Shown: piece by piece, positions 1 through 12,082 of the stretch
How the letters are laid out: each line of letters begins with the position of its first letter
Position numbering within the stretch: position 1 is the stretch's first letter
Assembly: GCA_017508975.1 (NCBI GenBank)
Contig: JAFWQU010000023.1
Coordinates: forward strand, 16,075 to 80,074
Length of the DNA stretch: 64,000 nucleotides
DNA from: Clostridia bacterium
GTDB taxonomy: Bacteria; Bacillota; Clostridia; Christensenellales; Aristaeellaceae
Reading direction: 5' to 3'
Notes under the pieces: model-generated
Database searches by the model: none
Seen by the model: only the letters and a program-made list of their open reading frames with translations
Told to the model about the DNA's origin: nothing
Program-made: the position numbers and the translations under genes

Positions 1-1544
1 AAGGTGACCAGCGGACTCGCGCCGAGGTTTTTCGCGGCGTCCTCCAGCTCATCGTCGATGGCGTAGAAGGCTGCCTTGATCATGCGCAGGGCGAATGGCA
101 ATTTGACCACCGTGTAGGCCATGACGATCAGGAAGCGGACGTTCTCCCGCATGTACATGTTCTGGCCGAAGACGTACCAGACCTCGTTGTTGAAGTAGAT
201 GCGGTAGGAGTAGCAGATCAGGATGGTGGGCAGGAGCCAGGGGAAGAGCAGGCAGGCTTCCACGATGCGGGAGCTCTTCTTCTTGCGGTTCTTGAAGATG
301 TAGTTGACCGCCACAACGACGATCACGCAGGCCAGCGCGGCGGCGAGGGCGGACAGGATGAAGCTCAGCCGGATGCCGCCCACGGTGGTCTGGTTGCTGA
401 ACACGCCGGAGATCTGCCCGGCGCGGAGCTTGGTCTTGCCGCGGCTGTTGACCCAGGAGTAGTCCTGCGAGCCGAAGTAGTTGATCAGCGTCCACTGGGA
501 GAGATCCAGGGACTTTGCACGGATCGCGGGCCAGTTCTGGAAGGAGAAGAGCACGATCATGCCCACCGGGGTCATGTAGATGATGAAGAGAATATAGGCG
601 TAGATATGCGCGAGAATGTTGGCCGCCGGATTCTGAATCTTCTGTTTGACCAGCTTGGCCTTGGTCTTGCTGACCGAGAGGTAGTGGCCCTTGCGCTCAT
701 AGTGGTTGAGGACGGTCAGCAGGATGATCGTGAACAGCGCCAGGATCACGGACAGCAGCGCGGCACGGGCCTGCGGGAAGGCCTCGTCCGCGGTGGAGGA
801 GCCCGCCAGACGCACGATCTCGGGGTTGATGGAGTTGTAGCCCAGCAGCGTCGGGGCGGACATGGCGCACAGACCGGTGATGAAGGTCATGACCGTCAGG
901 GAGAACAGCGTGGGCAGCAGGGTGGGCATAACCACCCTGAAGAGCACCTTGAAGGGCTTGGCGCCCAGGTTGCGGGCGGCCTCCACGGTATTGTAGTCGA
1001 TGCCGCGGATGGCGTTGCGCAGGAAGAGGGCGTGGTTCGAGGTGCAGGCGAAGGTCATGGTGAACAGTACGGCGGAGAAGCCGGTGAACCACTGCTTGTT
1101 CATCCCGGGGAACATCTGGGTCAGCCAGGTGGTGAGCATGCCGTTGGAGTCATAGAGGAACTGATAGCCGGTGACCAGCGCCACGCCGGAGTAGATCAGG
1201 GTGGTCATGTAGCCCAGCCGCAGGATCTTCGCGCCCTTGATATCGAAATACTCGGTCAGGAGCACGATGGAGATGCCCACGATGTTGACCGTGATCACCA
1301 GAAGGATCGCCAGCTTCAGGGAGTTCCAGAGGAAGATGGGCATGTTGCCGGCGAAGAAGAAGTTGATGACCGCCATGGGATCGGGCTGCCCGTTGGCGTT
1401 CTTCGCCGTGAAGATGGAGGTAAGCGTGTTCAGGCAGGGGATCACCATGAAGCCGAGAAACAGGTAGGCAAACAGAATCCCACCGAAGATCTTCCACAGG
1501 GAGTCGAGCTGGATGCCGCCTGTACGTTTGAGCGTCTTCTGCAT
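1..1544 (-). CDS. ABC transporter permease, fused two-domain (FbpB/ThiP-like, Fe(III)/polyamine-type importer); 3' end runs off the window
   Basis: My translation of the minus strand from the ATG at 1544 (MQKTLKRTGGIQLDSLWKIFGGILFAYLF...) stays open to position 1. It is absent from the ORF track because no stop lies in the window. It has two hydrophobic halves, each with an EAA-like loop (IDYNTVEAARNLGAKPF and IDDELEDAAKNLGASP). It starts 2 nt after the ATPase stop. Confidence 0.8.
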   Translation of the reverse strand, partial: MQKTLKRTGGIQLDSLWKIFGGILFAYLFLGFMVIPCLNTLTSIFTAKNANGQPDPMAVINFFFAGNMPIFLWNSLKLAILLVITVNIVGISIVLLTEYFDIKGAKILRLGYMTTLIYSGVALVTGYQFLYDSNGMLTTWLTQMFPGMNKQWFTGFSAVLFTMTFACTSNHALFLRNAIRGIDYNTVEAARNLGAKPFKVLFRVVMPTLLPTLFSLTVMTFITGLCAMSAPTLLGYNSINPEIVRLAGSSTADEAFPQARAALLSVILALFTIILLTVLNHYERKGHYLSVSKTKAKLVKQKIQNPAANILAHIYAYILFIIYMTPVGMIVLFSFQNWPAIRAKSLDLSQWTLINYFGSQDYSWVNSRGKTKLRAGQISGVFSNQTTVGGIRLSFILSALAAALACVIVVVAVNYIFKNRKKKSSRIVEACLLFPWLLPTILICYSYRIYFNNEVWYVFGQNMYMRENVRFLIVMAYTVVKLPFALRMIKAAFYAIDDELEDAAKNLGASPLVT

Positions 1545-1546
1545 GC

Positions 1547-2551
<1,005 letters not shown>

Positions 2552-2671
2552 AGGGCATCGTTCCTTTCCGGCAAAAAGTTGATGGAAGGGGCAGGGGATC
2601 ACCCTCATGCGGGTGATCCCCTGAAAAAGGGCGACCCCGTTTGGGAGGTCGCCCGTGGGGGATGCCGCGGA

Positions 2672-3871
2672 TTACTCAGCCTTCTGGGTCAGCGTCGCCC
2701 AGTCGAGGTTGTCCCAGTCGGGCTCGGCGGGGGCATTGGAATTGTCCTGCCAGTAGAAGCCCAGGTTGGACATGATGTTGGTCCACTCGGCGGAGTGGGC
2801 GGCCACGTACGCAGCATAGGTCATGTCGGTGCCGGGGACGGTGGTCAGGGAGCAGTTCTTCAGCGTGTAGATCACCGGGATCTCGCCCTCGTAGACTTCG
2901 TTGGCGGCCACGGTGTTGCAGGGGAAGGAGTCGAACTCCTCAGACCACGCGGCCTGGGTCTCCGCGGAGGCGAACCACTCGGCGAAGGCCTTCACGGTCT
3001 CGGTCTCCTCCTCGGAGCGGGCCGGGTTGTCCAGAATGCCGATGTACTCGGCGATGTAGTAGGTGCCGTCGTCGATCTTGACGATGTTCCAGTTCTCAGG
3101 CTGAAGCGTGCCCTTCAGGGGATGATCCGGGAAGGCCACCTCGCCGTCCTCGATCTTGCTGTACAGGGAGCTGGAGTACATGGTGGAGACCTTCACGTCG
3201 CCGCGGATCAGGGGATCGATGCCGTAGCTGTCGCCGGTGAAGGTGCCGCCCGCGCAGTAGGCCCACAGGGTCTTCCAGCCCTCGACGGAGATGCCGCCGG
3301 CCGGGGACTCGGGATCGGTGAAGGAATAGAGCATCGCGCTGTTGATGTTGGCGTTCGTGGTGCCGCCGACCTTGCCCTGACGATACCAGGGCGAGTAGCC
3401 GCTCTTCACGATGTCGGCCCAGTGCTCGAAGTGGAGCTCCTCGCCGTTGGTGCCGAACTCGTCGTTGCGGTAGAGCATCAGCACGTTCTGCACGACCAGG
3501 CCGTAGGCCTTGCCGTCATACTTGTACTCGCCGACCTCATCGGCCCAGGACGGGGTCCAGTCGATGATGGACAGGTTCTCGTACTTGCCGTCCAGCAGCT
3601 GGCCCCAGCGGGTCTCGTTCAGACCGAAGATCAGGTCGCCGTCCTTGTTCTCGTTCGCGGCCTGGATCGCGGCGGTGTCGCCGGAGATGACCGTGTTGTT
3701 ATCCATCGATACGGTGAAGCCCGCCTCCGCAGCGTGGTCGATGACCCACTGGGTACGCGCCGGATCGTTGGAGTTGGAATAGATGCGGATGGTGTAGCCG
3801 TCAGCGGACGCGAGGGACACCAGGGACAGCGCCATCATCGCCGCCAGCACAACGCACAGCCACTTCTTCAT
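2672..3871 (-). CDS. ABC transporter extracellular solute-binding protein (family 1, Fe(III)/polyamine-like)
   Basis: ORF 399 aa with an N-terminal signal peptide (MKKWLCVVLAAMMALSLVSLASADG). It is the first gene of an SBP-ATPase-permease operon. Substrate is not determinable from the sequence alone. Confidence 0.75.
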   Translation of the reverse strand: MKKWLCVVLAAMMALSLVSLASADGYTIRIYSNSNDPARTQWVIDHAAEAGFTVSMDNNTVISGDTAAIQAANENKDGDLIFGLNETRWGQLLDGKYENLSIIDWTPSWADEVGEYKYDGKAYGLVVQNVLMLYRNDEFGTNGEELHFEHWADIVKSGYSPWYRQGKVGGTTNANINSAMLYSFTDPESPAGGISVEGWKTLWAYCAGGTFTGDSYGIDPLIRGDVKVSTMYSSSLYSKIEDGEVAFPDHPLKGTLQPENWNIVKIDDGTYYIAEYIGILDNPARSEEETETVKAFAEWFASAETQAAWSEEFDSFPCNTVAANEVYEGEIPVIYTLKNCSLTTVPGTDMTYAAYVAAHSAEWTNIMSNLGFYWQDNSNAPAEPDWDNLDWATLTQKAE

Positions 3872-3991
3872 TGGGAAAAGCCTCCTTTGTTTGTTGACAT
3901 TTCACCGGTCGCCCGGTGCTTCTTGGGCAAGTATACAACATTCCGGCAGAAAAAGGAACCCTTTTCGACAAAAATTTCTGGTCCTGCGGCC

Positions 3992-4945
3992 TCAGGCCGG
4001 CGAGCCCGGAAGCTGGATCAGGGCGGCGAGGCGGTAGCGGCGTTTGAGATAACCCTCCAGGTTGCCGTAGTCGCTGACGGTGATCTCCGAGAGACCCAGA
4101 CAGTCCATGCAGGCCAGCAGGATGCAGATGCCGTGCACCACGATGTCGGCACGGCCGGGCTGGATGGTGGGCAGCGCCTGGCGCTCGGGAATGCTCAGGG
4201 CTGCGAGCCGCTGTGCCTCCGCCTCGACCCAGACTTTGGAAAGACTGGTGCCGTGCATGCGCGTCCGGTCGGTCCAGGCGGCGCTGTGGTAGCAGGCGCT
4301 GAGCACGGTGAAGGTGCCGCCCGTGCCGACCCAGCGCGGGGGAATCTGCGCCGGGTCGAGCTCGCGCAGCCCCTCCCGGAGCAGCCGGCCGGCCATGGCG
4401 CGGAGATGCGGGATGGATTCGGGACCGGAGGCGGGGGACTGCCGCTGCAGCCGTACGGCGCCCAACTGGAAGCTCCGGCTCCAGGCGGGAACCCCGTCCG
4501 CGCCGGTCACGACCTCGGTCGAGCCGCCGCCGATGTCCAGCACGCCGCAGGCGCCCGGGAAGGCGGCGCCCAGATAGGAGAGGGCGGCCTCCTCGCTCCC
4601 GGAGCAGATCTCCGGCTCAAGCCCGGCGCGCTCCCGGAGGAGGGCGGCGAAGGCCTCCGCGTTGGAGGCGTCGCGGGTGGCGGAGGTGGCGAAGAGATCC
4701 AGGGACGCCGCCGGGAGTTCCCGGGCATGGCGCGCCATCTCGGCCACGGCGGCGGCGGTGGCCTCCATGGCCTCCGGACGCAGACGGCGTTCCGCGTCCA
4801 GACCGGCGAAGAGCCGCGTGGCGACTCGCTCGCGCCGGATTCGGAAGCCCAGATTCCCCTGGATTTCGGCGACCAGCATGCGCACCGAGTTGGAACCGAT
4901 TCCGATCACAGCAGCCTTCACAGGTCTGTCCTCCTTATATTTCAT
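3992..4945 (-). CDS. ppx: Ppx/GppA family phosphatase (exopolyphosphatase-like)
   Basis: ORF 317 aa with ASKHA-fold motifs AAVIGIGSNSVRMLVAE and LDIGGGSTEVV. AAGGAGG RBS upstream. Confidence 0.8.
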   Translation of the reverse strand: MKYKEDRPVKAAVIGIGSNSVRMLVAEIQGNLGFRIRRERVATRLFAGLDAERRLRPEAMEATAAAVAEMARHARELPAASLDLFATSATRDASNAEAFAALLRERAGLEPEICSGSEEAALSYLGAAFPGACGVLDIGGGSTEVVTGADGVPAWSRSFQLGAVRLQRQSPASGPESIPHLRAMAGRLLREGLRELDPAQIPPRWVGTGGTFTVLSACYHSAAWTDRTRMHGTSLSKVWVEAEAQRLAALSIPERQALPTIQPGRADIVVHGICILLACMDCLGLSEITVSDYGNLEGYLKRRYRLAALIQLPGSPA

Positions 4946-5038
4946 ACTCAGTATCGTGTGCTAAATGGCAGCAGAGAGATTTCGCGGCCTGCGGGCCGCG
5001 ACCAGGGCTTTCCGATCGCCCTGGACCTTCGGATGCAC
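4946..5038 (+). repeat. RPT-A copy 1 (core 4976-5032)
   Basis: GAGATTTCGCGGCCTGCGGGCCGCGACCAGGGCTTTCCGATCGCCCTGGACCTTCGG, lying between the ftsL-like stop and the ppx start. The distal arm is of the ATCGTGTGCTAAATG type. Confidence 0.95.
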
Positions 5039-5099
5039 CCTTTGCATGGGGTGTACAGAGAGAAGAAATAGAATATGAAGAAAAATGCCCAGGGAGGGG

Positions 5100-5465
5100 T
5101 TACTCTCCCATGGACATTTCCTGCAGCAGAATCTGCCACTCGGTCTCGGTGTAGCTGTCCAGCAGCTCCGGATTGGTCACCTCAAAGCGCAGTTCGCCCG
5201 GCTTCAGGTAGCCCAGCTCCGTGCGGGCGCGGGTCTCGATGTAGCCCATGGAGCCCACGTTGCGCAGCTCCAGCTTCAGCGCCTGCAGCTCCTCCTCCTT
5301 GCGGGAGAGGTCGTACTGCCGGAGCAGCTCGTTGGAGTTGGCGGCGCGCAGATCCGCGCTGTTGCGGTGGAGACCGAAGGCAAACAGACCGAGCAGCGCG
5401 GCAAAAACCGGAATGACCACGATCCAGCTGACGGCGCCTTTCCGGCTGTCTTTCTGTGTGCGCAT
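5100..5465 (-). CDS. Septum formation initiator family protein (FtsB/DivIC/FtsL-like)
   Basis: This is the C-terminal 121 aa of ORF 5100..5702, starting at MRTQKDSRKGAVSWIVVIPVFAALLGLFAF. It has a single TM helix, then a coiled coil and ETRARTELGYLKPGE, typical of DivIC. The upstream part of the long ORF is Gly/Ala/Arg-rich junk. Confidence 0.7.
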   Translation of the reverse strand: MRTQKDSRKGAVSWIVVIPVFAALLGLFAFGLHRNSADLRAANSNELLRQYDLSRKEEELQALKLELRNVGSMGYIETRARTELGYLKPGELRFEVTNPELLDSYTETEWQILLQEMSMGE

Positions 5466-5488
5466 GGCTGTTTCCCCCAGTATGATGA

Positions 5489-6283
5489 TCAGATCAGAGC
5501 TTCCCAGGCGGCCCGGGTGCGGGCAAGGGCGTCCTGCCAGCGGGACAGGTGCTCCGTATCCCAGAGGCGTCCCTCCGCGATCGCGTGCCTGCAGGCGAGC
5601 AGCTGCCCGAAGGCGCCCTCCGCGAGCGCCTGCCGCATCCGCTCCGCCATCTCCTCCGGATTCGCCAGCTGCTCCGCGAGGTGCGCCAGGTTCTCGCCGC
5701 ACTCCGCCAGGAGCTCCGGGACGTCCGCGTCGTACTCCTCCTCGCGCAGCGTCTCCGCCAGCTGCAGCAGCCAGCCGGGCAGCTCCGCGTCGTCCAGCGC
5801 GGCGCCGTACCGGCCGGTCAGCCAGAGCCAGCAGGCGTCCAGGTGGTCCCAGTTGTCCATCGACCCGCCGCCGGCGAAGACGACCTCGCCCTTGTCCTGG
5901 GTGAAGTCCTCCGCGGCGTACAGCGCCACGATCAGCGGCCGGCCCGTGCTTTTGTGGAGCTGCAGCCAGTCGTGCGCCTGGAAGCGGTTGGGGGAGGTGT
6001 AGGTGAACAGCAGTGTCTCCAGCCCGCCCGGAGCGGTCTCCCGGGTCATCCGGCAGCTGCCGGGGAGCGCGTCGCCCCAGGGCCTCTGGCAGATCATCTC
6101 ATAGAGAAACTGGTCCCCCTCGCCGCCCTGGTCCCTGCTGATCCGATCGAGCTCAGCCTGCAGTTTCTCCGGCGCGGGGATCTCCTCCTCGTCGGGGTCC
6201 ATGGCGTTCTCATACAGCTCCCGCATCAGGCGGGAGAGCTCCGCCGGTGTTCCCACCGCGCAGACACGAACCTGATACCGCAT
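5489..6283 (-). CDS. Hypothetical acidic protein
   Basis: ORF 264 aa with an AGGAGG RBS 8 nt upstream of the ATG. The composition looks coding. I recognise no family. Confidence 0.55.
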   Translation of the reverse strand: MRYQVRVCAVGTPAELSRLMRELYENAMDPDEEEIPAPEKLQAELDRISRDQGGEGDQFLYEMICQRPWGDALPGSCRMTRETAPGGLETLLFTYTSPNRFQAHDWLQLHKSTGRPLIVALYAAEDFTQDKGEVVFAGGGSMDNWDHLDACWLWLTGRYGAALDDAELPGWLLQLAETLREEEYDADVPELLAECGENLAHLAEQLANPEEMAERMRQALAEGAFGQLLACRHAIAEGRLWDTEHLSRWQDALARTRAAWEALI

Positions 6284-6346
6284 GGCATCCGCCTCCTTCT
6301 TTTCGACCCTTCTATTCTACGGCGGAAACAAAATTCCTGCAAGCCC

Positions 6347-6375
6347 TTGACAGCGCGGCCCGGACGTGTTATGCT
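6347..6375 (+). promoter_or_regulatory. Sigma-A type promoter for rplJ-rplL (TTGACA-17 nt-TATGCT)
   Basis: TTGACA at 6347-6352, a 17-nt spacer, and TATGCT at 6370-6375. Confidence 0.55.
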
Positions 6376-6547
6376 TCCGGAGGTTTGACTCAGAAGAACC
6401 ATTGCCGAAGACAGCCGGTGTCCGAGAGGACTTAAGGGAGCACGCTCCGCCTGCCGAGGTGCCAAAGGATCTGCAAATGCTTTTCCCTTGCACCTGCAAT
6501 GCAAGGGTTTTCTTCACTCCCAAACCGTGAGGAGGTGCAGAGAAGCA
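6376..6547 (+). promoter_or_regulatory. Ribosomal protein L10 leader (autoregulatory 5' UTR with attenuator)
   Basis: A ~170-nt structured leader lies between the promoter and rplJ. It ends in an intrinsic-terminator-like hairpin just before the RBS. This position and architecture match the Firmicutes L10 leader. The call is made by context, not by a covariance model. Confidence 0.55.
6485..6514 (+). terminator. Attenuator hairpin inside the L10 leader
   Basis: CCCTTGCA-cctgcaa-TGCAAGGG followed by TTTTCTT, about 30 nt upstream of the rplJ start. Confidence 0.6.
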
Positions 6548-7066
6548 ATGATGAACAAAGGTGAGATGAGCAAGAACCAGGCCGCCAAGGTGGAGGCCGT
6601 CGCCGGGATTCTGGAGCAGGTCAAGGCGGCGCAGTCCATCACGGTGGTGAGCTACTCCGGTCTGACTGTGGCGCAGGTGACTGAGCTGCGGAAGCAGTGC
6701 CGCGAGCAGGGCGTGCAGTACTGCGTGCACAAGAACCGGCTGATGAAGCTGGCGCTGGAGCAGGCTGGGATTACCGGGGCGGATGATCTGCTCAACGGTC
6801 CCAACGCTTTCGTCTTCTCCGTGAAGGATCCCGTGTCCGGCCCCAAGGTCGTGAACGATTTCATCGAGAAGAACAAGCTGCAGGCCCTGGCCATCACCGG
6901 CGGCGTGTTCGAGGGCAAGCCCGCGAACGCGGCGACCATGATGACCCTGGCGAAGATGCCCAACCGGGACGAGCTGCTGGCGATGCTGGTGGGCTGCCTG
7001 CAGAGCCACATTTCCGGCCTGGTGGCCGTGCTGGATCAGATTGCCGAACAGAAGGGCGCTGCCTGA
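6548..7066 (+). CDS. rplJ: 50S ribosomal protein L10
   Basis: ORF track 6488..7066. I set the start at ATG 6548 (MMNKGEMSKNQAAKVEAV...), with GAGGAGG upstream. It lies immediately upstream of rplL. Confidence 0.9.
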   Translation: MMNKGEMSKNQAAKVEAVAGILEQVKAAQSITVVSYSGLTVAQVTELRKQCREQGVQYCVHKNRLMKLALEQAGITGADDLLNGPNAFVFSVKDPVSGPKVVNDFIEKNKLQALAITGGVFEGKPANAATMMTLAKMPNRDELLAMLVGCLQSHISGLVAVLDQIAEQKGAA

Positions 7067-7102
7067 GCGCCGCATGAAACTCTAAGAGATGGAGGTAGAA
7101 AC

Positions 7103-7474
7103 ATGGATATCCAGAGCATCATTGAAGCGATTGAGAAGATGAGCCTGATGGAAGTCAAGGAGCTGGTGGACGCACTGAAGGAGAAGTTCGGCGTGACCGG
7201 CGCCATCGCTGTGGCCGGTGGCCCCGCCCCCGCTGCTGCGGCTGCTGAGGAAGAGAAGACCGAGTTCGACGTCGTGCTGAAGGGCTTCGACGCCGCCAAG
7301 AAGATCGCCATCATCAAGGTGGTCCGCGAAGTCATCGAGGGCCTGGGCCTGAAGGAAGCCAAGGAGATCGTCGAGGGCGCGCCCAAGACCATCAAGGAAG
7401 GCATCTCCAAGGAAGAGGCCGAGAAGATCGTCGCCAAGTTCAAGGACGCCGGCGCCGAGTGCGAGATCAAGTAA
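7103..7474 (+). CDS. rplL: 50S ribosomal protein L7/L12
   Basis: ORF 123 aa. It has an Ala/Pro hinge ([17 protein letters not shown]) and a C-terminal [35 protein letters not shown]. Confidence 0.97.
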   Translation: MDIQSIIEAIEKMSLMEVKELVDALKEKFGVTGAIAVAGGPAPAAAAAEEEKTEFDVVLKGFDAAKKIAIIKVVREVIEGLGLKEAKEIVEGAPKTIKEGISKEEAEKIVAKFKDAGAECEIK

Positions 7475-7490
7475 TCTTCACAACCAACGA

Positions 7491-7520
7491 CAGGACTGCT
7501 TCGGCAGTCCTGTTTTGTAT
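7491..7520 (+). terminator. Rho-independent terminator of rplJL
   Basis: CAGGACTGC-ttcg-GCAGTCCTG followed by TTTTGTATT. Confidence 0.85.
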
Positions 7521-7525
7521 TGTTC

Positions 7526-7616
7526 TCGGTTGAATATGCTTATCGTCAACAGTGAGATTTCGCGCCTGCGGGCGCGACCAGGGCTTTCCGATCGCCCTGG
7601 ACCTTCGGTCGCATAC
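7526..7616 (+). repeat. RPT-A copy 2 (core 7554-7608), short-stem variant
   Basis: Hairpin 1 is CGCGCC-tgcg-GGCGCG. It lies between the rplL terminator and the stop of the DUF4129 gene. Confidence 0.95.
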
Positions 7617-7651
7617 CCTATCTTGATTTGTGCTTTTACTTGAGATTGGTG

Positions 7652-8854
7652 TTACTTTCCCCGGGATAGAAACCGCTCCGCCTCCTCCGCGGTGACCGGG
7701 TGCTCGGAGTAGCGGGCGCGCTCGTAGAGGGATGCCTGATCAGCCTCGATGCGCTCGCGGGCGGTGACGCCGCGGTTCCACTCGGGATGCCTGCGCAGTA
7801 GCTCCGCAAAGCGCGCACGGATGCGCTCCCGGGGCGTTCCGGCGCGGAGGCTGCGGCGGAGCCGGGCACGCTCGCGGCGGCTCAGGGTCTCGTGGCTCTG
7901 CCGGGTGTCCTCCACCGTGTCCTCCCACTCCTCCCCGGCGGCATGCAGAAAACGCGTGAACCAGAGACGCAGCTTCTGCAGGCGTGAGAAAAGGAAACGG
8001 CAGAGCCGCCAGAGCCCCCAGAGCAGCAGGGCGCCCAGCGCGACCGGGACGACCACGGTCAGGATGCGCAGGAGCCAGTCCGGCCTCGCCTTGGCCGCCT
8101 CCTCCACGCCAAACCCCGCGAACCCGCCGCCAGCGCCGCCGCCGATCTCGCCGGTCTGCATGGGGAAGAGCCGCCCGAGCAGCTCCATCAGCTCCCACAG
8201 CATCCGCCGCAGGAAGGCCGCGACCGCCGCCAGGGCCTGGGCCAGGACGGGGATCAGCGCGATCAGCAGCACCAGGGCGCAGATCCCGACGGTGAGGAGC
8301 GTGTTGCGGTGCCGGACGCGCAGGGGCGCCTGGCCGCGCTGGGCCAGGGCCTCGCGGTTCTGCCCCATCAGGAGAAACAGCGCGAAGCCGGCGAAACAGA
8401 GCTGGACCGGCGTCTGCGTGCGGGAAAGGGGCATGCCCGGCGCCGAGGCGGAGGCGAAGATCTGGAAGACGACGAAGAAGGCCAGGAGCGTCAGGCAGAA
8501 CTGGATCGGGATCTCCCGACGGGGCTCCCAGGCGGCCATCGGCAGGCAGGCCAGCAGCAGTACGGCGTCCAGGAAGGGCACCAGCATCAGCGCAGGCTGT
8601 CCGCGCCAGGGGAGCAGCGCCAGCCCGGCTCCGACGATCGCCGCGGCCTCCAGCGCGCCGCACAGCGCCCGGCGCCTGCCGGGGATCAGAAGGCAGCTGA
8701 CGGCGCCAAGAAAGCCCAGCGCGCCGAAAAGCCAGCCCCATTCCAGACAGTCCGGGGCGGTCAGGGCGAGAAAGACGAAGACCGGGCCCGCCATGCCCAG
8801 AAACAGCAGGGCCGGGTGGCGGGCGAGCCGGAGATGCTCCAGCGTCTGTCTCAC
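7652..8854 (-). CDS. Multi-pass membrane protein with a DUF4129-like C-terminal domain (third gene of the MoxR operon)
   Basis: ORF 400 aa with about 6-8 hydrophobic helices. The Arg-rich cytoplasmic tail ends ...YERARYSEHPVTAEEAERF, as in DUF4129 proteins. Its start overlaps the DUF58 gene stop by 4 nt. Confidence 0.6.
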   Translation of the reverse strand: MRQTLEHLRLARHPALLFLGMAGPVFVFLALTAPDCLEWGWLFGALGFLGAVSCLLIPGRRRALCGALEAAAIVGAGLALLPWRGQPALMLVPFLDAVLLLACLPMAAWEPRREIPIQFCLTLLAFFVVFQIFASASAPGMPLSRTQTPVQLCFAGFALFLLMGQNREALAQRGQAPLRVRHRNTLLTVGICALVLLIALIPVLAQALAAVAAFLRRMLWELMELLGRLFPMQTGEIGGGAGGGFAGFGVEEAAKARPDWLLRILTVVVPVALGALLLWGLWRLCRFLFSRLQKLRLWFTRFLHAAGEEWEDTVEDTRQSHETLSRRERARLRRSLRAGTPRERIRARFAELLRRHPEWNRGVTARERIEADQASLYERARYSEHPVTAEEAERFLSRGK

Positions 8855-9917
8855 GCGGCAGGCCTCCTCTCCAGCGGCACCAGCATGACGTCGCAGCCCT
8901 GGCGGCGCAGCGCCTGCATGCCCTGCTGCACGTCCTCCCCGTCGTAGGCGGACAGGAGCAGGACGCTCAGCCCGGGCTCCAGCTTCAGCTCCCGGAGAAA
9001 GGTCTCAAAGCGGACCGTACGGCGCAGGCGGATCTCGGCGAGCCCGGTGAGCAGCTGCTCCTCACGCGCGGGCCCGCAGGCCGGGAGCGAGCAGGCGCTC
9101 TGCCCCTCCGCGTCCGCGAGGTTGGCGGCGTAGCCCGCGGCCATGCCCGCCCGCAGCGCCTGCAGACAGAGCGTCGCGGCCAGGGAGATGGCGTCCTCCA
9201 ACGGCGCCTGCTCCGCCTCGGAGACGTCCGCCCACTGGGACTGTGTCAGCTGCCCGTTGAGCAGGACCAGCAGCCGTACCTGGGCAGAGGGGTCGTGGAG
9301 CCGGACCTGAGGTTCGCCGGTGCGGGCGGTGGCCGGCCAGTGGATGTCCCGGATCGGGTCGCCGGGCAGGTAGGGGCGGATGCCGCGGGTGAGGAACGGA
9401 TCCTCCGACGCGCGGCGCAGCGCCCAGCTCCCCAGCTGCCGCACCACAGGCTCCGGCAGCGTGTCCCGGGGCAGCAGGCGGGGCCAGACCACGATCCGGA
9501 CGCGCTCCTCCTGCTCGCGGGTGCAGGTGAAAAAGCCGGTGATGTCGCCCACGGTCAGCGCCGCGCGGCCCACATCCCAGACGCCCCGGCGCAGGAAGCG
9601 CACCCGGTGCCGGCGGGTGATCCGCTGCCAGGGCATCACGGTGAACAGACTGTGGTGGTACATGTCCCCGGCGATATCCAGGTTCTCCTGCCGCCCGAAG
9701 CGCAGCGCGGCGGGAATGCGGCTCTCGACGCGCAGCCAGGGGATCACCAGAGGCCGGTCGTTGACCACGACCTCGGTCAGGCTGCCCTCCTCGCCGCAGA
9801 AAACCGCGGGCTTCTCGAACGCGCGCGCCACGGTCAGCCCGCGCAGCCCCCAGTGCCGCATGACGAACCCGTAGGCGAGGGTCAGCCCGATGAACACCAG
9901 CAGGGCGACCAGGATAT

Positions 9918-9921
<4 letters not shown>
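8851..9921 (-). CDS. DUF58 domain-containing protein
   Basis: This is the C-terminal 356 aa of ORF 8851..10497, starting MNILVALLVFIGLTLAYGF (TM anchor). It carries the DUF58 signature region (IRPYLPGDPIRDIHWPATARTGEPQV). The ATG overlaps the moxR stop (ATGA). Confidence 0.8.
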
Positions 9922-10854
<933 letters not shown>

Positions 10855-10874
<20 letters not shown>

Positions 10875-12027
10875 CTCCGGTCAGAGGATTATTCAACAGA
10901 CTCTTGGCCAGCTCCGCCATCAGGACGGACGCGGGGAAGAGGGCTTCAGGGGCCGCGGTGAAGCGCGGATGATGGCTGGCGTAAGGACCGCCGGTGCCGA
11001 TCCGGATGAAGATCCCGGGGCGCTTGCGCGGGGCGTCCAGGTACTCCGAGAAATCCTCGCCGCCCATGCTGCAGGGCTGGCGCTCGACCCGCAGTCCCAG
11101 CCCCTCCGCGACGGCCTTCGCCCGCTCACAGAGCCGGACGTCGTTGTACAGAGCGGGTGGACCGGCCATCCAGGTGATCTCGCAGGCGCAGCCGTGGGCC
11201 TCGCTGATGCCGCGGCAGACCCGGTGGAAGCGCTCGCGGGTCGCCGCGCGGCTCTCCGGGACCAGCGTGCGCAGCGTGCCCTCCAGCTCGCCGCGCTCGG
11301 GGATGACGTTCCAGGTGTTGCCCGCCTCCAGGTGGGTGACGGAGAGCAGCACCTGGTCGAAGGGGTCGCTGCGGCGGCTGACCAGGGTCTGAAGGGCTAG
11401 GGTGATCTCCGCCAGCACCGGGATCGGGTCCAGCCCCAGGTGGGGCGAGGCGGCGTGGGCGCCGCGGCCGGTGACGGTGACCTTGAACTGGTCCACCGCG
11501 GCCATGACCGCGCCCTCCCGGATGCCCACGGTTCCGGGCTCAAGGAAGGGATAGGTGTGCAGCGAGAGCATCAGCTCCGCCGGGTCGGTCAGGCCGGTGC
11601 GGATCATCTGCAGGGCGCCGTCGGTGATCTCCTCGGCGGGCTGGAAGAAGAGCCGGACGCGTCCGGGCAGCGTGTCCTCGGCCTCGTGCAGCAGGATGGC
11701 CGCGGCCATCAGCGCCGCGGTGTGGAAGTCATGCCCGCAGGCGTGCATGCAGCCGGGAACCTCCGAGCGGTAGGGGAGGTCCGTCTCCTCCTGGATCGGC
11801 AGAGCGTCCATGTCCGCGCGCAGCCCGATGACCGGCCCATCCCCATGGCCGATCTCGCAGACCACGCCGGTGGGGAGCGCACAGGGGAGAAGGCGGATGC
11901 CGTGCGCGGTGAGAACCTGCCGCACGAGCGCGGCGGTCTCAAACTCCTCGTTGCCCAGCTCGGGATGGCGGTGGATGGCCTCGAACCAGCCGCGCTGCTC
12001 CCGGGCGAGAGATTCGTTTTGCTTCAT
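10855..12027 (-). CDS. M20 family amidohydrolase (aminoacylase/hippurate hydrolase-like)
   Basis: ORF track 10855..12054. MHACGHDFH metal-binding motif and the M20D architecture. The start is probably MKQNESL at 12027 (GAGGA RBS). The stop overlaps the moxR start by 20 nt. Confidence 0.8.
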
Positions 12028-12082
12028 CTTATTGTCCTCGTTTCGTGGAATCATCTTTTGTAAAGGAAATATAGATTCAATA

